DNA of 64,000 nt from the human T2T-CHM13v2.0 reference genome, Homo sapiens. The translations under genes were made by a program, and so were the position numbers. The stretch lies in the NCBI RefSeq assembly GCF_009914755.1, contig NC_060927.1; one strand, given 5' to 3'. Every line of letters begins with the position of its first letter. Within the stretch, counting starts at the first letter, position 1. The notes beneath the pieces are model-generated. The model saw only the letters and a program-made list of their open reading frames with translations, had not been told where the DNA came from and did no database searches. Below, in pieces: positions 26,071-37,509 of this stretch.

Positions 26071-28212
26071 GTTAAATCATGACATAGATATTATAGTGGA
26101 TTATTTATTTTTACTTTCTTGATACATTATTTGATATAATAAAGTGAAAAATCACATAAAAAGAATATGATAGAGAAAATAAACAGTGAAAAGAAAATTT
26201 AAATATATAGTTACATCACAGACAGTTCAGAGAATACCAGAATAACTTATATCAATAGGGCCACCTGAAAAGTACAACTATAAAACTGTAGAAAAGGTAA
26301 GAAGTAATGTTTTCAGGAACTAAAAGTATCAAGCCATAAGATAATGCCAGTCTTCCTGGCTGCTCCCAGTTTGTCCTTTAGCTATTTACTGTACCAGCCC
26401 TAGCTCATGATTTTGCGGGGGAGGTATGAATATGGACATCTTGCAAAATACTATAGATAAGTTAATTTTGAAAGCCTTGGATGTATAATGTGCACAGTGG
26501 TGGTAAAATTATTTGCTAATGTATAATTGTGTTATCCTAAAATTTTGTTTGAAAAATCCTAATTTCTTGAACCATGAGACAATCTTTCTTCTGATGAAAG
26601 TTAACGTGGTACCTCTTTTTTAGTTGGTGCCTTATCAAGAATGGTAATATTTTTGTTTGATTTTAGGCTTTTCAATGAACAGCTGAAATTATGTTTTAAT
26701 ATAAATATAGGTATTAGACCATGTTTTCAGCAGTATAGTGAGGCCAAGTTTTGTCAAATAGTTAACATTGAACTGAATGTATGGATAAAAATTTAGCTTT
26801 CTAGTTTATGAAAATGACTAAGAGTTAAAATATTTTTAAGAAGAAATGGATTACATATTTAAATAACTATTAAGAAATTATTCATGTAGCATAGTTTAAG
26901 AAACAAAATAACAAACAAAAATGTGCAAGATCTGGCAGCATAATATGGTGTTCTATGTATATATGAAATCAATGTATGTAAGGTGAAATTGAATGCAATG
27001 AATGGACACAGCTACCCCAAATAATGGAAGCCCAGGAGTTTCCATTAAGGATATATTCAGAAGTATTTTAAATGAAAAGTATTTATTTAAAGAGACATAT
27101 AGCTATTTATATTTGTTAGAATTCTATGTCAGTGGGTAGTAGGAATCAACTCAGAATTTTGCATTCAAGCATAAGAAACTTAGGGAATAAATACTTTCTC
27201 TTGATCCATGAAGAGTAGATTTCTCTCAAATTTACCTTCTAAAATAGAAATAATGCTAAGAAAAGCAAGGAATAAAGAACAATTTGGTTTAACTCCTTAC
27301 CCATTATAAGTATAAACAGTTCCAACAGCACTTGAAAAGTGGCTAAAATATTTTCCTTCTATGTCTAATTGTTTTAGTTTAGCTTAGCTTTCTTGTTTGA
27401 AAAATTTTAAATTAATTTCCAACACACACCTGAAGGAATTTCCAGGTTCCACAGAATCAGTTAAAATACTTTTTCCTTTTAAAAAGAAATGAAACAAAAG
27501 GAAAACATTTTTTGTGATATCTATTCCCACAAAATAATCCAAACAATTTACTATCTTGATGTATGAGATGTGACTATAATAAAGAGCAATTTTCATACCA
27601 CTATGGACAACAACCCCATCACAGTCAAAGGGATGTTTTACAATGACACTACTGTTAACATTTCAAAAGAGATTAAAGAGCATTGATAAATAATAACTGC
27701 TCCTTTGAATATACCAACCATATTCCATCTGAGAGTTACCAACTAGCAAACAGTAATCTTCACACAAATGTTTATATAGCAAAGATTAAACACGATATTC
27801 TCTGGGCTCACTGACATGCATATCTCAGTGTGATATAAAGCCTCAACAAAGATTTTTCTGTATAAAATGAATAGACAGTTTTTCTTAGAAGTTTTAGATT
27901 ACATGAAAGCAGAATAACACAATGGTGCTTACAGCAGGACTCAACAAAGTGATAGTCCCTGCTCAGGATTGGACAGAGATAAATGATCTTCAACTGTAAG
28001 AGTAAAATATTCCATTTTTCTCATGGATGTGCTGTATGTATTTACAATTAAAATCACAATAATAGAAACACTGAAATTTTACAAAAGTAAATATATATAT
28101 ATAGCTTACACAAATTATAAGCACTATCATTATTTAAGAATTAAAAAAATACTAAGTGCAGTCTAAGTTTCATGTGTGTTTTAGTTTTTCTTAACGATTC
28201 CAGTGGTATGAA

Positions 28213-28215
<3 letters not shown>

Positions 28216-28255
<40 letters not shown>
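28216..28255. repeat. (AT)20 microsatellite
   Basis: Read directly from the sequence. Confidence 0.97.
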
Positions 28256-28257
<2 letters not shown>

Positions 28258-29737
28258 TTTGAAAATTGATTTTCAAATACAAAATGGTTTGTTAAGATCC
28301 TATCCCTTGATCACATAAATATAAACAAAAATAGGTTCATTTACAATATTCATATGTTAAATTACACATCTTAATTGGTAGGAAATAGTCTTTCCTTAGG
28401 GAATTATTCTACATAATATTCCTAATTTTTCCAGAATGACTAAACTCAGAAGTTCAAGACATTTACTAAGCATGAGAATAAACAATATGATGAGGTTGTC
28501 TGACTACTTTCCAATTTACTTAGATTTTGAATGTATTTTATATATTTTATCTTTAGCAATATTTATATCATGTGTTATACTTCTCCCTCTACCAAGTAAT
28601 CAATAACGAATTTCACTGGCTAATATTTTGTTATCTATAAAATATTCTGCAGAAATATGGTTCACCAAGAAAATTGTCAAAGGACTTCATTCAGTTCCCT
28701 CATTTTGAAAACACAATAATTTGTTAACAAACATGGCAAAGAATGTATAAATGTAAAATGTCATGTAAAGACCAAAGCAGTGACTGCAATATCTAATTGT
28801 CTCCAATGTTATATTTTCTAATTTTTTCAAGTATTTGCTTGTTAATAACACTTTCATCGAATGACTGTTATGAGTAAGAAAGACTGTTAAGGGTAGAGGA
28901 CATCCTACTACATCTTGTGGGCTTAGCATATTGTGATTTATAAATGAAAGTAAATTTTGAGTTAAATGCAGTGCATACATTCCTCTAGTTCAATCTGTTA
29001 AGTAAAAGTTAACACTGACATATTTGCATACACTTTTGAATATGTATTTTTGAGTCACTAATATAAATAGGTACATGACCATATTGAACTCTTAATCAAT
29101 GCAATATTTTGACTTAGATGAATGCAGAACTGTATGCATTTCATTCATAACTATTCCCAGTGCATTAACTCAAATTAGAACTCTATAATTATGTTAATAA
29201 AATTAGTACAGATTTAGTGTTAAAATATAATGAAAATAATAAAGAATCATAAGAAAATTATAAAAAAATTCTTTGTAACAGCACTACCTGAAGAAGAATA
29301 ATAAGAAAAATTAGAAAATATCTTGAGACAAATGAAAACCAAAACACTGCAAACCCAAGTATGTGGGATGTAGCATAAACAATACTACAAGGGATGTATA
29401 TAGTAATAAATGCCTACATGAAAAAAAAAAAGATCTCAAGTCAACAACCTACACTTACACCATAGGAAATAGAAAAAGAAGAATGAATTAGTCCATTTTC
29501 ATACAGCTATAAAAAATACCCAAGACTGGGTAATTTTTAAAGAAAAAGAGGTTTAATGGACTCACGGTTCCACATGGCTGGGGAGTCTTCACAATCATGG
29601 TGGAAGGCAAAAGAGGAGCATGTCTTACATGGTGGCAGGTAAGACTGTGTGCAGGGGAACTGTCCCTTTATAAAACCATCAGATCTCCTGAAACTAATTC
29701 ACAATCACAAGAACGGCACAGGAAAAACCCAGCCTCA

Positions 29738-29748
29738 TGATTCAATTA
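29738..29748 (-). promoter_or_regulatory. DUX4 consensus motif TAATTGAATCA in the THE1 3' LTR
   Basis: Plus strand reads tgattcaatta; motif match only, function not shown. Confidence 0.55.
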
Positions 29749-31669
29749 CCTCCAACTGGGTCCCTCTCATGACACACGGGGATTATGGGAGCTACAATTC
29801 AAGATGAAATTTGGGTTGGCACACAACCACACCATATCATTCCACTCCTGACCCCCTCAAAATCTCATGTCTTTATATTTTGAAACCATTTATGCCTTCC
29901 CAACAGTCCCCTAAAGTCTTATTTCAGCATTAACTCAAAAGTCCGCAGTCCAAAGTCACATCTGAGACAAGGCAAGTACCTTCCACCTAGAAGCCTGTAA
30001 AATCAAAAGCAAGTTAGTTACTTCCTAAATACAATGGGGGTACAGGCATTAGGTAAATACACCAATTCCAAATGGGAAAAATTGGCCAAAACAAAGGGGT
30101 TACAGGACCCATGGGAGTCAGAAATTCAATGGGGCAGTCAAGTCTTAAAGCTCTAAAATGATCTCCTTTGACTCCATGTCTCATTTCTAGGCCAGGTCAA
30201 TGCAAGAGTTGGGCTCCCATGGCCTTGGGCAGGTCTACTGCTGTGGCATTGCAGGCTACAGCCCCCCTCCCAAATGCTTTCATGGGCTGTCAATAAGTGT
30301 CTGTGGCTTTTCCAGGCACATAGTGCAAGCTGTCAGTGGATCTACCATTTTGGGGCCTGGAGGACACTGGCTCTCGTCTCACAGCTCCACTAGGCAGCAC
30401 CCTAGTTAGGACTCTGTGTGGAGGCTCAAACCCCACATTTCCATTCCACACTTCTCTAGCAGAGGTTCTCCATGAGGGCCCTACCCCTGCAGCAAACTTC
30501 TGCATAGACATCTAGGTGTTTTCATACATCCTCTGAAATCTAGGCTGAGGTTCCCAAATCTCAATTATTGACTTCTGTGAACCCACAGGCTCAACACCAC
30601 ATGGAAGCTGCCAAGGCATGGGGCTTGCACCCTCTGAAGCCATAGCTCAAGCTATACTTTGGACTCTTTTAGCCATATCTGTAACAGCTGGGATGCAGGT
30701 CACCAAGTCCCTAGGCTGCACACAGAAGGTAGGCCATGGGCCCATCCATGAAGACTTATTTCTCCTAGGCATTGGGCCTGTGACTGCAGGGGCTGCTGCT
30801 AAGGTGTCTGACATACCCTGAAGACATTTTCCTCATTGTCTCGACAATTAACATTTGGCTTTTTGTTACTTATTCATTTCTGCAGCTGGCTTCAATTTCT
30901 CCCCAGAAAATAGATTTTTCTTTTCTACTGCATCATCAGGCTGTAAATTTTTCAAACTTTTATGCTGTACTTGGTCTTGAACACTTTGTCAGTTAGAAAT
31001 TTTTTCCACCAGATAACCTGAATCATCTTTCTCAAGTTCAAAGTCCCACAAATCTCTAGGACAGGGGAAAAATGCTACAAGTCTCTATATAGTATGAGTG
31101 ACTTTTATTCCAGCCTCCAGTAAGTTCCTCATCTCCATCTGAGACCACTTAGCCTGGACATCATTGTCCATATCACCGTCAGAAATTTGGTCAAAGCCAT
31201 TCAACAAGCCTCTAGGAAGTTCCAAACTTTCATACATCTTCCTGTCTTCTGAGCACTCCAAGTATCTAGGAAGTTCCAAACTTTTCCACACTCTTCTGTC
31301 TTCTTTGGAGCCCTCCAAACTGTTCCAACCTCTGCCTGCTACCCAGTTCCAAAGTCACTTCCACATTTTCTGGTATCTTCAGAGCAGTGTCCTACTCTAT
31401 TTGATACCAATTTTCTTTGTTAGACCATTTCCATATGGCTTTAAAGAAATACCTGACTGGGTAATTTATAAAGAAAAAGATCTTTAATGAACTCACAGTT
31501 CCACATGGCTAGAGAGGCCTCAGACTCATGGTGGAAGGTGAAAGAGCAAAGACAAATCTTACACGGCAGCAGGCAAGAGTGCGTGTTCAGGGGAACTGAC
31601 CTTTATAAAACCGTATCTCCTGAGATTTATTCACTATCACAAGAACAGCATGGGGAAAACCTGCCCCCA

Positions 31670-31680
31670 TGATTCAATTA
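31670..31680 (-). promoter_or_regulatory. DUX4 consensus motif TAATTGAATCA in the THE1 5' LTR
   Basis: Plus strand reads tgattcaatta; motif match only, function not shown. Confidence 0.55.
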
Positions 31681-33205
31681 TCTCCCACCAGGTCCCTCCT
31701 ACAACATGTGGGGAATATGGGAGCTACAATTGAAGATGAGATTCGGGGTTGTGGGGGAACACAGCCAAATCATATTAAAGAACAAACTAAGCCCAAATTT
31801 AGTTGAATAATAGAAATATAATAATTAGGGTTGAAATAAATTTTTAAAATAGACAAACAATAGAAAAAATTGGTGACACTAAGATATGTTTTTTTGAAAA
31901 ATTAATGAAAATGGCAAACATTAAGTTAATGAGAGGAGAGTTAAATAAAGAAAACAGAAATAAAAAGGGATCCAACTACTAAGAGCAACCATATGCCAAC
32001 AAATTGGACAACGTAGGAGACAGTAATAAGTTCCTAGAAACATACAATCAACAAAAACTGAATCATGAAGAATTAGAAAATCTGAAGAAACCAATAACTA
32101 TTAAGTAGATTGAATCAGTAAGCCAAACTTCCCAACAAAGGACCCAGGACCAGATGTCCTCATAGCTGAATGCTACCACATTTTAAGAAGAATCAAAAGT
32201 AATCATTCTCAAATTTTTCCAATATCAAAGAGGAGGACACACTTCCAAACTTATTTTATAATGTTCATATAACACTGGTAGTAAAGCCAGTGACACTACA
32301 AGAATGAAAACTGTAGGCCAACATTTCAGATAAACACAAATGCAAAAATCCTGATCAAAATACTAGCCAACCAAATTCAATAGAGATGAAAAGGAACATG
32401 CACCATGACCAAGCAGGATTTATCCCTAGGATGCAAGGATTGTTCAACATACAGAAATCAATCAATATGTTAGACCACATTAACAGAGTGAAGGATAAAA
32501 ATCACATGATCCTCTCAATAGATGCAGAAAATATATTTAACAAAATGTTAACACTCTTTCATAACAGAAATATGAGGCAAAGTAGAAATATAAGGAATAT
32601 ATTTCAACATAATAAAAGTCATATATGACAAACCCACAAATAATATTACTTGGAATATTAAAAAACAAAGTTTTTCCCTAAGATCAAGAAGAAAACTAGG
32701 ATGCCCACTCTCACCACTCTATTCAACATAGTACTTGAAGTCCTAGCCAGAGAAATTAAATACGGGAAAAAAAAATACATCTAAATCAAAAAGGAAAAAA
32801 TTATCTCCTTTGTTTGCAGATAACATAGATTTGTATGTAAGAAACCCTAAAGACACTGCCAATAAACTGTTGGAACTAATAAACAAATAAAATAAAGTTG
32901 TACTATACAAAATCAAATACAGAAATCAGTTTCATTTTAATACACTAACACTGAACTATCCAAAAACAGAATTAAGAAAAAAAATCGCATTTATAATAGC
33001 ATGGAAAAGAATAAAATACTTAGAAATAAACTCGAGAAAGACAGTGAAAGACTTGTACTCTGAAAGCTACAAAACACTGTTGAATAAAAAAAAAAAACAC
33101 AAATGAATAAAAGACATCCTGGCATTATGAACTGTATTACTTAATATTGTTAAAAAGTTAAAACGTTGTCTACAATGTTAGTGCTATCTCTATCAAAATA
33201 CAATT

Positions 33206-33224
33206 ATATTATATATATATAATA

Positions 33225-33271
<47 letters not shown>
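33206..33271. repeat. (TA)n/(TG)n microsatellite inside L1
   Basis: Read directly from the sequence. Confidence 0.9.
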
Positions 33272-33272
<1 letters not shown>

Positions 33273-36200
33273 ATTCTAAATTTCAAATGGAAACAAAAGC
33301 AAAACTCCAAAATAGCCCAAGCAATATTAAGAAATAAAAACAAAGCTGGAGGTTCACGTTTTCTGATTTCAAAATAGAATACAAAGCTATAGTACATAAA
33401 ACAATATGGTACTGGCATAAAGATAAGACTAATAAGAAAGAATAGACAGCCCACAAATAAACCTACTTATATACGGTAAATTAATTTTTGACAAGGGTGC
33501 CAATAACACACCGTGGGGAAAGAATAATCTCTTAAACAAGCCCAGTTGGGAAAACTGGCTACCACCTGCAAAAGAATAAAATTGGACCTTATCTCACACC
33601 ATTTACAGAAATCAACTCAATTTATCAAAGACTTAAATGAAAGATTTTTGAAACAGTAAAACTCCTAGAAGAATACTTAGAGGGAAAAACTTCATGACAT
33701 TTTTCTTGGCAATCAACAGCACCGGCTGCATAAGCAGAAATAGGCAAGAAAGACTACATCAAACTAAAAAGCTTCTACACAGCAAAGAAGAAAATCAGAG
33801 TAAAAAGGCAAGCTACTGAACTAGAAAAATATATTTACATACCATATACCTGATAAGAGATTAATAGCCAAAATATATAAGGAACACCTATGATTCAAAA
33901 GCAGAAAAAAATAAAAATAGGCAAAGGACTCGAGTAGACATTTCTCCAAAGAAGACATACAAATAGCCAACAGGTATGTAAAATAATGCTCAACATCACT
34001 GATAATCAGGGAAATACAATCAAAATCACAATGAAATATTACCTCACACTCGTTAAGATGGCTATGACAAAAAAACATGAAAGTAATCAAGTTTTGGCAA
34101 GGACTTGCAGAAATTGGAAGCATTTTACATTGTTGATGAGAATGTAAAGTGGTGTGACTGCTATGAGAAAGAGTTTCTAAAAAGATTAAAATAGGACTAT
34201 CATACGATAAAGCAATCTCAATTATAAGTTTTTATCCAAATAAATTGAAATCAGAATATCATATTAATATCTGTACTTCCATGATCATGCAGCACTATTC
34301 ACACTAGCCAAGATATGGAAAAACACCTAAGTGTCCATTGACAGATAAATGGATAAAAGAAAATTATATATATATATACACACACACAATATTCCATATA
34401 TATATATACATATATAATATTCAGAACTAAAAAAGAAGAAAATCCTACTACAGGGATGAACTTTGAGTTCGTTATCCTAAGTGAAATAAGCCAATCACAG
34501 CAAGAAAAATAGGCATTATTCCACCCATATAATGTATCTAAAATAGTCCAATGCATAGAAACAATTGGTCATCAGGAGCTAAGGGGATAGAGAAATAAGG
34601 AGTTGTAGTTCAATCTTTGCTGTACATTATTCTTCTTATAGTTAACAATGCTGTGCTGTATGCTTAAACATTTGTTAAGACAGTATATCTCATGTCCAGT
34701 AATCTTACCACAATTAAAAAAAATAATTTCAGTGGAAAATAATAGAATCTTAAGAAAGAATGTATTAATTGTACTTTTTGGGGTTACAATCATTGAGCTC
34801 AACTTGTGTTGTGAGTACCTGAAGCTAATATATATTGAGATTTTTATTTATTTATTTTGAAAAGTTTGCAGACTTTTTCTGAAACTGCTCTGCTTCAGAA
34901 AACAATGATGCTGGATGTGACATAATTAAATGATAAATCGTCTAAATACCTATGACTGTAGTGCACAAACATGTGAGTATTTGTGAAAGAATTTAGAGAA
35001 TAATAGCTAAAATCATAAAGAAATGGCAATACATAAAATATTTTTAAAGAACACCTCATGTAGTGGTAAAAATTAATAATTATAATTGTGCTTAAGTTGA
35101 AATTCTATAGTAATTGAGAATGTATGCCATGAGTGGTGGAACAAAAAAACTATACAAAAGTGATACAATTCATGTTCTAGGATAGATATTTTCAGTAATC
35201 AGATATAATGTTTGTACAAATTTGTTTTGAGTTCTAGTTAACATATCTTTGAAGATGGCCAAATAGAGCTCTGGTCTGCTGCTCCCAGCAAGATCAACAC
35301 AGAAGATAGGTGATTTCTACTTTTCCAGCTGAGGTACTCAACTCATCTTATTGGGACTGGTTAGACAGTGGGTGCACCCCATGGGGACAAGCCAAAGCAA
35401 GGTGGGACATCACCTCACCTGAGAAGTGCAAGGGGTTGAGGAACTCCCTTCCCTAGCCAAGAGAAGCCATGAGGGACTATGCTGTGAGGCATGGTACATT
35501 CCAGCCCAGATACTACACTTTTCCCATGGTCTTCACAACCTGCAGACCATGAGATTCCCTCAGGTGCCTACACCATCAGGGCCCTGGGTTTCAAGCACAA
35601 AACTGGGCAGCTGATAAGGCAGACACCGAGCTAGCTGCAGGTTTCTTTTTTTGTTTTTTTTTTGTTTTTTTTTTTTTCATACCACAGTGGTACCTGGAAT
35701 GCCAGCAAGACAGAACCATTCACTCCCCTGAAAAGGGTGTAAAGCCAGAGAGCTAAGTGGTCTAGCTCAGTGGATCCCACCCCCACGTAGCCCAGCAAGC
35801 TAAGATCTCCTGGCTAGAAATTGTCGCTGCCAGCACAGCTGTCTGAAGTAGACCTGGGATGCTTGAGCTAGGCAGGGGGAGGGATGAATGCCATTACTAA
35901 GGCTTGAGCAGGAGGTTTTTCCCTCACACTGTAAACAAAGCCACTGGGAAGTTTGAACTGTGGGGATCCCACCACAGCTCAGCAAAGACACGTAGCCAGA
36001 CTGCCTCTCTAGATTCCTCCTCTCTTGGAAAGGCATCTGTGAAAGAAAAGCAGCAGCCCCAGTCATGGGTTTATAGATAAAACTCCCAACTCCCTGAGAA
36101 AGAGCTGCTGGGGGAAGGGGCGGCCATGGGTGCAACTTCAGCAGATGTAAACGTTCCTGCCTGCTGGCTCTGAAGAAAGCAGCAGATCTCCCAGCACAGT

Positions 36201-36597
36201 GCTTGACCTCTGCTAAGGGACAGACTTCCTCCTCAAGTGGGTCCCTGATCCCGTGCCTCCAGACTGAAAGACACCCCACAGCAGGGGTCAACAAATAACT
36301 TAGAAAGGAGAGCTCCAGCTGGCATCTGGCATGTGCCCCTCTGGGACAAAGCTTCCAGAGGAAGAAGCAGGCAGCAATCGTTGCTGTTCTGCAGCCTCCG
36401 CTGGTGATACCCACGCAAACAGGGTCTGGAGTGGACCTCAAGCAAATCCAGCAGACCTGCAGCAGACGGGCCTGGCTTTTAGAAGGAAAACTAACAAAAG
36501 GAAAGCAATATCATCGACGTCAATGAAAAGGACCTTCACACAAAAACCCCATCCTGAGGTCAGCAACATCAAAGACCAAAGGTAGATAAAACCATGA

Positions 36598-37490
36598 ATG
36601 AAGAAAAACTACCACAAAAAGGCTGAAAATTCCAAAAACCAGAATGCCTCTTTTCCAAAGGGTCACAACTCCTTGTCAGCAAGGGAACAAAACTGGATGG
36701 AGAATGAGTTTGACGGATTGACAGAAGTAGGCTTCAGAACGTGGGTAATAACAAACTACTCCGAGCTAAAGGAGCATATACTAACCCAATGCAAGGAAAC
36801 TAAGAACCTTGAAAAAAGGTTAGAGGAATTGCTAGCTAAAATAACCAGCTTTGAAAGGAACATAAATGACCTGAAGGAGCTGAAAAACTCAGCATGAGAA
36901 CTTTGTGAAGCACACACAAGTATCAACGCCAAATCAATCAAGCAGAAGAAAGAATATTAGATATTAAAGATCAACTTAATGAAATAAAGCATAAAGACAA
37001 GATTAGAAAAAAAAATGAAAGGAAAGAAAAAAGCCTCCAAGAAATATGGGACTATGTGAAAAGACCAAACTTATGTTTGATTGGTGTACCTGAAAGTGAC
37101 AGGGAGAACGGAATCAAGTTGGAAAACACTCTTCAGGATATTATCCAGGAGAACTTCCCCAAACTAGCAAGACAGGCCAACATTCAAATTCAGCAAATGC
37201 AGAGAACACCACAAAGGTACTCATCAAGAAGAGCAACCCCAAGACACATAATGGTCAGATTCACCAAGGTTGAAATGAAGGAAAAAATGTTAAGGGCAGT
37301 CAGAGAGAAAGGTTGGGTTACCAACAAAGGGAAGCCCGTCAGACTAACAGCAGATTTCTCTGCAGAAACCCTACCAGCTAGAAGAGAGTAGGGGTCAATA
37401 TGGAACTAAATATAGAAAGAAAAAATGGGTACCAGACACTGAATAACCATACCAAATTGTAAAGACCATTGACACTATGAAGAAACTGAA
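36598..37490 (+). pseudogene. L1 ORF1p remnant (stops, frameshifts, deletion)
   Basis: MKKNYHKKAENSKNQNAS... and KRPNLCLIGVPESDRENG...RATPRHIMVRFTKVEMKEKML lie in separate ORFs. Confidence 0.9.
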
Positions 37491-37509
37491 TCAACTAATG
37501 GGCAAAATA

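Larger units (their letters stand above)
29484..31777 (-). mobile_element. Complete THE1 (B/C/D-type) MaLR provirus: LTR 29484-29839, internal 29840-31415, LTR 31416-31777
   Basis: Two ~360-bp direct LTRs, ~1.6-kb THE1 internal region, perfect 5-bp TSD aagaa (29479-29483 and 31778-31782). Confidence 0.96.
29290..34725 (+). mobile_element. 5'-truncated LINE-1 (L1MA9/10-like), split by THE1
   Basis: ORF2 remnants (32386..32628 [22 protein letters not shown]); 3' end 'acatttgttaagacagtatatctcatgtccagtaatcttaccacaattaaaaaaaa'; L1 sequence is continuous across the THE1 TSD. Confidence 0.9.

Noticed and set aside
25796-26122. Overlapping ORFs on both strands (likewise 52148-52556)
   Set aside because: Artefacts of stop-free simple repeats.
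25000-26340. Possible ancient L1M 5'/ORF1 remnants around the microsatellite
   Set aside because: The resemblance is too weak to set boundaries without an HMM search.
31500-31520. PRDM9 hotspot motif in the THE1 LTRs
   Set aside because: The minus strand reads CCTCTCTAGCCAT here and ACTCCCCAGCCAT in the other LTR; neither fits CCNCCNTNNCCNC.
35868-35894. L1 ORF0 homologue on the minus strand
   Set aside because: The homologous ATG is present but reads MAFIPPPA and then stops at TAG.
35800-36441. 213-aa antisense ORF in the L1PA7 5' UTR
   Set aside because: It has a non-ATG start, lies in GC-richer UTR where stops are rarer, and is not the ORF0 frame.
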